Below are positions 14,530-24,882 of a stretch of 64,000 nucleotides of DNA, piece after piece (positions within the stretch are counted from its first letter, which is position 1; every line of letters starts with the position of its first letter). The notes beneath the pieces were generated by a model. It had not been told where the DNA came from. It made no database searches and worked only from the letters and a program-made list of their open reading frames with translations. This stretch comes from Laetmonice hystrix (taxonomy: Eukaryota), in contig OZ249440.1 in assembly GCA_965235115.1 (NCBI GenBank), forward strand, positions 18,042,001 through 18,106,000, given 5' to 3'. Made by a program: the position numbers and the translations under genes.

Positions 14530-17500
14530 ACTAAGTCCACCTGTTCACGCCCTCTTCCGTTCAATACAGTTGGTATAAAAAGTCCCTGTCTCTATAAATA
14601 ATCCTCTTGGCAGGCTAAAGTTGAGGTGTTCGTGGCTGGGGAACCCCCTGCGGAGACTGTCAATGGTGATTCCCTGTCAATCAATGGGCAGTCAATGGTC
14701 TCGTGGACCAGGGAGGCTCTATCCTAGCCTGGGGTACTCGGCCTGTCCGAGCTAGCCGGTCACAGGCCCAGGCCGGTCGGTGGGGGAGCCCAGAAACTGT
14801 TGTTTGAATCCACTTCCCTCTCCTCTTCCCAGGGGAGGCACTGAGCTGACTAGGTTTACAATAGCCAATATCACAACCTAACTGGCAGTATATCCATACA
14901 TAGGTAGTTTGCCTATCAATTGGTGGGGTGGGTGGGGGCAATTTTTGTAAGGCAAGATTACCACGATACTCGAGAATGATTCAAGCCACTTTAGGTTTCC
15001 AGAGATTTTCCCTAAGAGTGGTTCATATTACCGTTACAGGCTGAGACTGTGCAGTGAGCCATGCCTGATCAACCCGCCTAGATGGTATAGCCTACCTTTC
15101 TCCACATGATCAGGGTGGTCGACATGTCTGTCCTCCTGCTCTCAGCACCACCACCACCACCAACCACCACCACCACCACCACCAGACTGACACCAAACAC
15201 TGATGATCTTTGCTGACACCGACATGCACCACAAACTACCTTATAATGAGACAATGCAACACTGAATGCAACACGCAGCAAATGACATGATTGTTCCCAA
15301 CATTTCTAACATTTTTTTCTATTGTTTTGCTCCTCCTTTGATTTAGCTATTTATTTTTCTCTCAAAGATCTTTTGTATGACCACCTGACACACGACCCCC
15401 GCCCCCTATGTCCCCCGCCCTATTCCTACCGTCCCCCATGCTCCCCGCCCAATCCTGGAAACACCCCGTTAACCACAATCCTCCCCTACATCCCCAATGT
15501 AAACCCTTCCCCCTCATTTCTTTCACACCAGGGATATATTCAGTCTGATTCAGTCTCCAAGGGTCCTGGCATCGCTTCACACCCCGGCTTACATAACGCC
15601 AGATGTCCTGTAATGCCCCCATCAGTTCTACTGTTATAACGACAACCGCCGCCAGTCACCTATGTTAATTGACGGTGTTTGCCCGCAGGCCACCGGGTTG
15701 ACACTGATCCCATCAGCTTATGGTAAGCATGCAGCATTTTGTCGGATTGAGATAGACAGATACCAAGGGATGAGCCATGTTGAAGCCATCACCTCGCCCA
15801 AGATGTCGGCTCAGTGGGCGGTACGGGAGCCTGCCGGTCATTGACACTATAGCAGACTGTTGGAACAGGTCTCTCTGTCCACCCTCTCATACTGGAGTAA
15901 CTGTCCGGGATCATTCCTCCTGGTTCAACACTGGAGGAATCCCGCCCACCCTCTGGTGTATCCAAGGTGACGCTTTCCGATCTCAGCGCCACCTACCGCA
16001 CACTTCTCACGGTTGATTAAAGAATCACAGAAACAACCTCCGCTCTTGGCAGACGTTTTCAAGATGGGACGTCAACTTCCCCATCACTCGGAACACCCTC
16101 CCTTCATGATAACAGACAAAATTTCCCGAACTCAGAAACCTGTAATTCAAGTGTCTCAGCATCAAATCTAGAACTGTTACTAATTCCACTACATCAGCCC
16201 TTTCTTCAGTCAATTGTAGCCCCCAACTTCAGTATGGAATTCAGACTATCCCGTCCTTCCTGACATATTACTGTAACTATAAACTGATCTGACATTATCA
16301 CCAAGTGCATAATAATATTGATTTAACCAAGCGCTGTCCTTTCTGACAGATGGGGCCCGTCCCACGCCATTATTATATCAGGTGATTTTAGCTCCAATAT
16401 ATTTCCTACAATTTTTGTATTTTTTTCTCATTCTAAGCGCCATCGTAGGCAGCATCTGTTTGATCAGACCCAACTGTACCACACTCGACACTTGGAGATG
16501 TTTAAGTCGGAGAGTTAGCTGTACGTATACTGAGAGTCCACCAATACTCAGGATCATATCACTATACTGGACCCACACTAATGTGATATCACACCAAACC
16601 ACCAATTCTAGGCCACCAACACCACCATCATAGTCCAATCCATACATTTTACACCAAGCCACAAATCCATATCACAACACCAGCTACAGAAAATCCAATA
16701 CCGCGCAACCCAAAGAATAGCCATGGACCAATAGATCGTACCACGGTTCTCATTGCTTCTAAATTGTTGGTAAAAGTAACTCATTCTAAAAACAATTTGA
16801 CATTTCTTCTTTACGTCATAACAAACTGGGATCTAAAGATGCGAGGTACAACAGTTGTCATGACACTGTGAGTCGGTACGTCCAACCAGTTATCTTCACC
16901 CAGGGTTTCAGTATTTAAATAGTTTACCAAGACCCCCCTCGTGTGTAATTCACAAATCTATAGTTTTTATTTTTAGCTATCCCATCGATATTTAAAGTTC
17001 AGCAGCAGCACAGTGCCTTCCAGCTGCTATTGTCGTGTTTCTAAGTGAGCTGTCCTGATTGTTCGATGACCCAAATGTTGACACAATAAGTACGACTTTC
17101 CCCACAATTTCCTTCACACAAAAACGTCACGACATCGGATTTCTTAGCCTCGGTTCAGTCAGCCCTATTTACATGGGAATGACCCAAACAGCAACATGTA
17201 GACAGGATAGGGCTATAATAACAACACCAGTCCATACCAATGTCAATACGGAAATCGGTGGGTAAATCGCTGGAACTGTTCAAAGATTACGGGCTGTCGG
17301 ACGTAATCTTTTACTAGCTTTGATCGTGAAAAACTCCGTTAAAGTACTTCCTGCACACATTCACGCTTCTTATTAAAACTACCAACTTTAGATAACCCCC
17401 TAACATTTCGTATTGGAGGCATAATAAACTACAATTCATCTTGTCGATTTCGTACACTAGGCCCCATAGACCAAGTAAAGTTCATACAACATACAGCTTG

Positions 17501-18002
17501 CATAAGATATTCATGTGTTACCGGCCTAGTTGGCATTTCCTCTGGAAAACACCCCAAATTCCAAGTTATTGATTTCGGTACGAAACTATTGACAAACGGT
17601 AAATGTGACTGTCATAAATTATATCGTTATATCTTTATTTACATGTGAAAGTCTTTTTCACGGAAGTTGCTAAACCGTTAATTGAAGATGGTCAAAAGCT
17701 ACTTGCCGCTTCAATTCCTCCAACGAAGGTTTCGTACCCCTTCCTTTAGAAACCTTTCTAATCTCCAATAGTCCGAGCCGAGTACTAATTATTGATGGTT
17801 ACGTCGTCTGTTGTAATAGGATATTTGTCAACCACTGGGATCAATTGTGTGTGGTTGACTGAGGGTAAACGGGGTCACACCTGGGCCAGGTGTGCCTTGT
17901 TAAAGTAAAGGTATCCTCATATTGTTTAACTCACTCACATATTATACCCAGACCTTGCTGACTGAAGGAAATTAACCTTACTATTGGTCCGGATCACACG
18001 CA

Positions 18003-18229
18003 CAGACCGGTCTATAACTCCATACCAATCTCATACTGAGAACAGACAGAAGACTACCGTCAGACAGTCAATGTCTGACAGACCGGTCTATAACTTCATA
18101 CCATTCTCATACTGAGAACAGACAAAAGACTACCGTCAGACAGTCAATGTCTGACAGACCGGTCTATAACTCCATACCATTCTCATACTGAGAACAGACA
18201 GAAGACTACCGTCAGACAGTCAATGTCTG
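18003..18229. repeat. 76-bp tandem repeat x3
   Basis: CAGACCGGTCTATAAC... starts at 18003, 18079 and 18155. The copies differ at only a few positions. Confidence 0.95.
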
Positions 18230-19273
18230 TATCAGCAGACTCTACATATCATATCTCATTAACGGTCAGATTATTTTGTTATAATACAGCTGGTAATAGA
18301 GGCCCATTAGTTTGTCTGACTGCCGGGTATACTTGCTGATGTCATACCATCATGATGTGATCCGTTATAAATTTAACAAAATGATTGACAGCCACTGGCT
18401 GGGATGTACGAGAATCCCGTTCCCAATAAAAAAGAGAATTCTATGACACCTGTCCATAGACAATGAAGATATTTTGTCATTGTACCGGTAATGTCTTTGT
18501 ACTCGGAGGTGGCAGGTGGACATACCAAGGCTGACATGTTGGGTAGTTGCCACCGCCTTCAATACTTTCATACTATTTTGCTACCGGTAAGTTTATGAAA
18601 CATATTTGATCCCGGTGGCGTCTGTAACTACAAGTGCTTCAAGTACCAGTTTACAAAAGTTCTCAACGAATTCATCCATGTCCATGCGGGACTAAGTATC
18701 GTTGGGTACACAGGTTGAAACCATGCGACTCCCACTCTATTCAAACTTACTTTTGTCCTTTTTTTATTGTTAGTGGGTAATACAATCGGTGCTTGTCGCA
18801 AACTTTGAGCTCATAAAGTTGGACATGAAAGCGGTGTAACCGTTACCTGGCATAATGTCTATGTATTCTAACGACTCCACCCACCCTTCAAACCCTCGGC
18901 CACCCACCACTACATCACCACCACAAACTGTTGTCAAGTTACCGGGGAATTCCCTCGTCATTGACCACGTCAAGGTCAACTTGACCTTGCCTCCTTTCAT
19001 TCACACCTTAATCTCACCGTAATCCTACCCTGTTACCCTGTGGATTATCGTGTCATCCCTGCGCGAACTCCACCGGACACTAGTTGATCGATATAGGCTG
19101 ATCTCTCACCCAGTAATCTACCGTAACTTTGCCAAGTAATCCTCTCATAGCACAATATCAGTAAATTGTGGTCCCCCTCCCGTTATATCATGGACCCTAG
19201 TGAGATCACCACAATAAAACAGATGTCAGGAACCTTTCAGAAAGGTACCCCGGCACAAGACCATCAAATGTAA

Positions 19274-19954
19274 CATTATCAACAAGCCGAAAGACGTGAC
19301 GCCCGCAGCATTGTGGCGTTAGCACGTGCGAAAGGTTTGGGTTGCAAACAAAAGGGCTCTGCAGTATTGTTAGAGGGTGTCCGCTATAATCCACGAGAGT
19401 TTAATTCCCTCCCGCATAACTTGTCACTGGAAGCAGCCAAAATAGTTCAGGTACCAGACGGTTTGGCCTTTCAGGGGCACCATGCATACCTCAGCAATAT
19501 GTATGCCATTCCCGTCCAGTACGCAGGAAACACTTTCCCTAGCGCCGAATCAGCGTATCAAAGCACATGTGCCAGGGTGCATGGGGAGGAAGCATTAGCT
19601 TTGCAAATACAGGCCGAGAGTGATCCATACGTGGTTAAAAGATTGTCCCGGCGTGTTCGAACCAGCGATGAATGGAACCTCAAGAAAGTGACCATAATGA
19701 AGGAAATTGTCGAATCAAAGTTCGACCAGAATGACACCATACGTGAAAAACTTCTGAAAACTAAGGGACAGCTCTTTGAAGCTACTACAGACAGTGTGTT
19801 TGGTTGCGGCTTCACACTCGGTCAACGCAACAGGATAAGCGCAGACAACGTCATCTCTGGAAACCACTTGGGCCTGATCCTTGCCAAATACAGAGACACC
19901 TACAGCATCAACAACGCGGAGCCTACAGCACAAGCACCACCAAAATCGAAGTAG
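19274..19954 (+). CDS. C-terminal part of an ORF1-like protein with a NADAR (YbiA/DUF1768-like) domain; 5'-incomplete
   Basis: The frame is open from 19274 (after TAA at 19271-19273) to TAG at 19952-19954. NADAR motifs appear in order: YLSNMY, FPSAESAYQ, PYVVKRLSR, W..KK..IM...KFDQN, LLKT..QLFEATTDSVFGCG, GNHLGLILAKYRD. They are preceded by ERRDARSIVALARAKG..KQKGSAVLLEGVRY, which resembles the end of a LINE ORF1 RRM/CTD region. The first in-frame ATG (19499) lies inside the domain. Confidence 0.85.
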   Translation, partial: HYQQAERRDARSIVALARAKGLGCKQKGSAVLLEGVRYNPREFNSLPHNLSLEAAKIVQVPDGLAFQGHHAYLSNMYAIPVQYAGNTFPSAESAYQSTCARVHGEEALALQIQAESDPYVVKRLSRRVRTSDEWNLKKVTIMKEIVESKFDQNDTIREKLLKTKGQLFEATTDSVFGCGFTLGQRNRISADNVISGNHLGLILAKYRDTYSINNAEPTAQAPPKSK

Positions 19955-19979
19955 CGTTCCTATTGTTTATGTAGTAATA

Positions 19980-20654
19980 ATGACCACTACAATTAACAGG
20001 TTTATTATCTTAGGCGATTCAAGAACTAAACATTTCGGGAAATTATTGAAGCACCATAACTTCCAACCCAATACAGAAGTAGTGTTAGAGACATACCCGG
20101 GTGCCACAATACTTGATGCGGCACGGCGCTTCCTGCGTAGTAACACCCACGTGTCGCTCACCGGGGTGAACGCGTATATCGTCCTGGCAGCAGGGGTCAA
20201 CAACCTTACAAGGCTCGACCGATCCTATGACGGTTCGAGGCGCATTGTCCGGCCAATCTTTAATGACATACCTGATATGGTTGACTCCTTAACAGACAGA
20301 TACACTGAGGCTAAACAGATGTTGAATGAGGCAGGGTATCGATGTATCATTTGTGAGCTGACAGGTCTGGATGTGAATAGGTACAATAGGGCAACAACAA
20401 ATTATATTAAACTCCAAGAAATTATCGACGAAGGGGTACCAATTCTGAACAGAGCCATATCTGCTCTGAATTACGATGACTGCCTGCCTACCCCGTTTCT
20501 ACAAGACTCAATCCATCACAAAGTAAAGAAGACAGACGTTTGCCGGAAAACGAAATATGCTAAATTAAGTGACGGTCTTCATCCCGATGAGAAAACTGCT
20601 GGACGCTGGTTGGAACAAATACTGAAAGCCATTAACAAGATTACCAAAAAATAG
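19980..20654 (+). CDS. SGNH/GDSL-family hydrolase (esterase), 224 aa, LINE ORF1-type esterase as a separate ORF
   Basis: Block I IILGDSRT, block II YPGA, block III AAGVNN and block V SDGLHP are all present, so the Ser-Asp-His triad motifs are intact. The ATG at 19980 has A at -3, and the frame is open from 19878. Confidence 0.88.
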   Translation: MTTTINRFIILGDSRTKHFGKLLKHHNFQPNTEVVLETYPGATILDAARRFLRSNTHVSLTGVNAYIVLAAGVNNLTRLDRSYDGSRRIVRPIFNDIPDMVDSLTDRYTEAKQMLNEAGYRCIICELTGLDVNRYNRATTNYIKLQEIIDEGVPILNRAISALNYDDCLPTPFLQDSIHHKVKKTDVCRKTKYAKLSDGLHPDEKTAGRWLEQILKAINKITKK

Positions 20655-20656
20655 TG

Positions 20657-21720
20657 GGTCTGGTCCGTATGGACAACCCTCTACCTCTGAATGTACTCCC
20701 CTATGACATGATGGACTTTATAAGTATAAAGTTCGATGTGTGAGTCTAAGGTGGCTGGGCGTGGGTGTGCGTGTGTGTGTGTGCGCACTGCTTGCGGGTC
20801 TGGTCCGTATGGACACCCCCCGCTTGCTTTGTGTGCATGTATCACCTCACACAATCAATATGACTCTAGCCCCGAATTGTTTGAACTCGCATCTGTTTAT
20901 TGAACTAATCCGTGTGTCTGGTCCGTATGGACAACCCTCTACCTCTGAATGTACTCTCCTATGACATGATGGACTTTATAAGTACAAAGTTCGATGTGTG
21001 AGTCTAAGGTGGCTGGGCGTGAGTGTGTGTGTGCGCGCACTGCTTGCGGGTCTGGTCCGTATGGACACCCCCCGCTTGCTTTGTGTGCATGTATCACCTC
21101 ACACAATCAATATGACTCTAGCCCCGAATTGTTTGAACTCGCATCTGTTTATTGAACTAATCCGTGTGTCTGGTCCGTATGGACAACCTTCAAACTCTGA
21201 ATGTACTCTCCTATGACATGATGGACTTTATAAGTATAAAGTTCGATGTGTGGGTCTAAGGTGGCTGGGCGTGGGTGTGGGTGTGTGCGCGCACTGCTTG
21301 CGGGTCTGGTCCGTATGGACACCCCCCGCTTGCTTTGTGTGCATGTATCACCTCACACAATCAATATGACTCTAGCCCCGAAATGTTTGAACTCGCATCT
21401 GTTTATTGAACTAATCCGTGTGTCTGGTCCGTATGGACAACCCTCTACCTCTGAATGTACTCTCCTATGACATGATGGACTTTATAAGTACAAAGTTCGA
21501 TGTGTGAGTCTAAGGTGGCTGGGCGTGGGTGTGTGTGTGCGCGCACTGCTTGCGGGTCTGGTCCGTATGGACAACCCTCTAGCTCGGAATGTATTCCACT
21601 GTGACTTCACAGACCTTATAAGTGTTTACGATAGTTTGTTGTGCGGGTGCAAAGGGTGTGTATGCGCGGCTGCATACTGTTTGTTGGATCTGGTCTGTAC
21701 GGACACCTCCCACCTATTGT
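20657..21720. repeat. ~252-258-bp tandem repeat (3.5 near-identical copies plus one diverged half-copy) inside the retroelement spacer
   Basis: The core GTCCGTATGGAC starts at 20663, 20803, 20921, 21055, 21173, 21309, 21427 and 21561, with a variant GTCTGTACGGAC at 21693. Spacing alternates between ~135 and 118 bp. Confidence 0.95.
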
Positions 21721-22013
21721 TATACATGTATTATTCCCTATCTGCTTGTTTTGTATGAATATATCTATTATGATTATTATCTAATTCTGCTCCTGAAACA
21801 CAAGGTACGAGGAGCCACTTACTATAAGTGTTAAGGTCTAATTATTGACCATGTGTACATGTTTGTACATATTGTCATGGTTTGAGCAAGTTCTACTTGT
21901 CTATAAACCGTTTATACCATCACCCTCATCCAAATTCATCCTCACTCACTATTTAACCCGATTAGCAAATGAAATTCCACGGTGCTATGTACTCACTAGT
22001 TTCTCTACTGTGA

Positions 22014-24882
22014 ATGGCCAACATGGATCATGCAATAAGTAGCTGTAATGATTTAGCCGCTATCAAGGGCCTGAAAATTGCACATCTGAATGTCAGAAGC
22101 CTTCCTGACAAAATTGATCAATTAAGAATTCTACTACTGAATGAACCGGTAGATATTATGTGCATCTCTGAAACCTGGACGAATGATAACTATACACCAG
22201 CCTTATTGGAAATACCAGGTTATGAACTTACTCTGTATAACCGTACTACACGTAATGATCAAGGCAATCCTGAAAGAGGTGGAGGCATAGGTTATTATGT
22301 TAGATGTCAATCTAATTTTTCAGTTACCCCTTTACATGCCTTGAACATTTGTGAGAATTATATGGAAAGTTGCTGGATTAACATTTGCTATAAGTATTCT
22401 AGACCTTTGACACTGGGGATAATATACAGGCGGCCCTCTGGTTCCCTTGAAAACTGCCTAGAGGCACTTCATGAGATGCTTAATTCTATTCCATCGGGTA
22501 ATGATATTATGATGATCGGAGACTTTAACATTGATTTTGCTAAAAATAATAACAATTCTAGGAAACTTAAAGAATTAGCACGCGAGAGATCTCTGAAACA
22601 GTTGATTAAAACACCTACCAGAGGAACACATTATACAAGTACAACTATTGACCTAATATTCGTAAAGGCCGATCACATTGTCCAGAGTGGCACAATTCCC
22701 TGTGGATTAAGTGATCATAATATAATTTTTGTTATCAAAAAGAAAATACAACCTACACATACGAGTGCAACCTTTCAAGGACGAAGCTACAAACACTTGG
22801 ACATTCCTAACTTACAAGCACGTATATCAGCCTTGGACTGGTCACCTTTCTATGAATGCTGTGATCCTACACTTAGTTGGGATATTATGCTAGGTAATAT
22901 AATGTCCGTCACCGATCTGCTATGTCCCCTCAAAGAAATAAAGATAAAAAAGGTTAAACAACCGTGGATTAACAACCTTTTACTTGAACTAATGAATGAT
23001 AGAGATGCTGTTCTGAAGCGACATGAGCAGACAAAAGACCCGGCTGACTGGGACTTGTATAAAAGGCTGAGAAACGAGGCTAAGAGAGGAGTCCGTGAAG
23101 CTAAAGAAGAGTTCATAATTGACAATCTTGTGAAACACGAAGGTGACCACAAAAAGTTCTGGAAACAGATAAATGATCTATTTCCTCGCTCTGGTAAGAA
23201 CAATGCTACTTTCAGACTGATTGAGCCAAATGGCAATACTGAAGTTGATGAAAGTAAGACTGCTGATTATATCAACTCATTTTTTGTGAATATTGGTCCT
23301 AACCTTGCCCAGCACTTCAGAGAACCCTGGGATACGGATATGGTCAGGTCAAACCTAGAACTGCTAACTATGGTTACCACTGAAGAGGAGGTTAAGAAGC
23401 TAGTTAAAGAAATTAACATATACAAATCCTCTGCTATTAAGAACATTTCATCGAAAATTCTCAAACCTGCATTCCTAATCCTAATACCTCAACTCACACA
23501 CTTGTTCAATCTATGCCTTACACATGGATTATTTCCTGATAGCTGGAAGGTTGCTACAGTCATTCCACTACAAAAAGATGGTGATAAGTCGGATGTGGGA
23601 AACCTAAGGCCAATCTCGTTACTTCCTCTGCCAGGGAAGATGTTAGAAAGGGTAATCCATGCAAATTTAATGCCTTTTCTCACAGAAAATAACCTAATAT
23701 CTGAAAAACAAGGTGGTTTTAGGCCTGGTTTTTCAACCACTAGAAAAATAGCGGACTTAACTGATGACATATACGAAGCTATGAATAATCAAGAAATTAC
23801 TGTGGCAGTCTTTATTGATTTTAAAAAAGCTTTTGATACGGTTGATCACGAAATTCTTCTCAGGAAACTAGACTTACTTGGTATTAGGAATATAAACCTT
23901 AACCTAATAACTAACTATCTATCCAACAGGAAACAACAGACCTTGGCAAATAATGTTATGTCAGATACTGCAAACATCACGTTTGGGGTCCCCCAAGGCT
24001 CTGTTCTCGGTCCGCTATTGTTTCTATTGTACGTGAATGATTTACCAGACTGTATTCAAAACGGACGTTCGCAATTATATGCTGATGACACAACTGTCTA
24101 CCAAAAACACAGTAATGTATATTGTGCGGTTCAGAGCCTTCAAGATGACCTTGACCGTTTAATGCATTGGTGCAACCTGAATAAATTAACGATCAATGTT
24201 AAAAAAACTAATAGCTATGATCTTCACTACTAAACAAAGAAAGAAAAGGCTTCCGCCAATCAATCTGACATTAGGCAATGAGCGACTCGCTATAGTAGAC
24301 TCGTATAAGTACCTGGGACTTACTCTAGACAGCACACTTAATTTTGAAAACCATCTTAAAAATATGGTAAAAACCATAAGTCACAAACTATTTATGCTAA
24401 CTAGGCTACGTCGACTGTTAACTCAGGCTGCTGCCGAAAGAGTCTATAAAACAATGATTTTACCATACTTTGACTATGCAGACATCTTCTATGAGGCATG
24501 TTCACAAAACAAACTCGATAAGTTACAAAGGATCCAAAATCGGTCTCTTAGATGCATAGCTGGTGTCAACCAAAAACATCTTTCCACTGATGAATTGCAT
24601 GAAAAGTTAAATCTCTGTAAGCTAATTACTAGAAGAAAACAGCATCTTGCGAACTTTATGTTTAAAAGATCATCGGACCCCCACTATATAGACAATAGAA
24701 ACCTAATAACAAGAGAACATAGGAAAAAGCTCATGGTAGTGACTAAACCTAATTTAGAAAAGTTCAAAGACTCCTTGGTGTATAAAGGCTCTAAACTTTG
24801 GAATAGCCTAAGTATGGAACACCAAGTATGTGCATCATATAAACTTTTTAAATCCAAAACAAAGAACTGTATTGTAGATTGA
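22014..24882 (+). CDS. LINE ORF2: APE endonuclease + reverse transcriptase (~955 aa if one apparent 1-nt insertion near 24212 is removed)
   Basis: APE motifs: HLNVRSL, ISETW, RGGGIG, IYRRPS, GDFNID, TPTR..TIDLIF, SDHN. RT motifs: WK.A.VIPL.K, NLRPISLL...GKMLE, QGGFRPG.ST, FIDFKKAFDTVDH, GVPQGSVLGPLLF, YADDT. The C-terminal frame has YKYLG, YKTMILPYFDYA and GSKLWNSL. Removing T24212 restores INVKKTKAMIF and joins track ORFs 22014..24233 and 24196..24882. Confidence 0.97.

Noticed and set aside
19274-20654. NADAR + SGNH pair as a bacterial/phage operon or horizontally transferred island
   Set aside because: No Shine-Dalgarno-like spacing or other prokaryotic genes. The NADAR frame begins with ORF1-like sequence and lies co-oriented upstream of a poly(A)-tailed LINE ORF2. 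The ultimate origin of the domains needs a phylogeny.
20657-21720. CRISPR-like appearance (a palindromic ~20-nt direct repeat recurring nine times)
   Set aside because: The intervening sequences are 100-120 nt long and themselves repeat as two alternating types. No cas genes are present and the context is a eukaryotic LINE.
22850-24377. Antisense ORFs within ORF2
   Set aside because: Typical shadows of a long sense-strand ORF, with no recognisable motifs.
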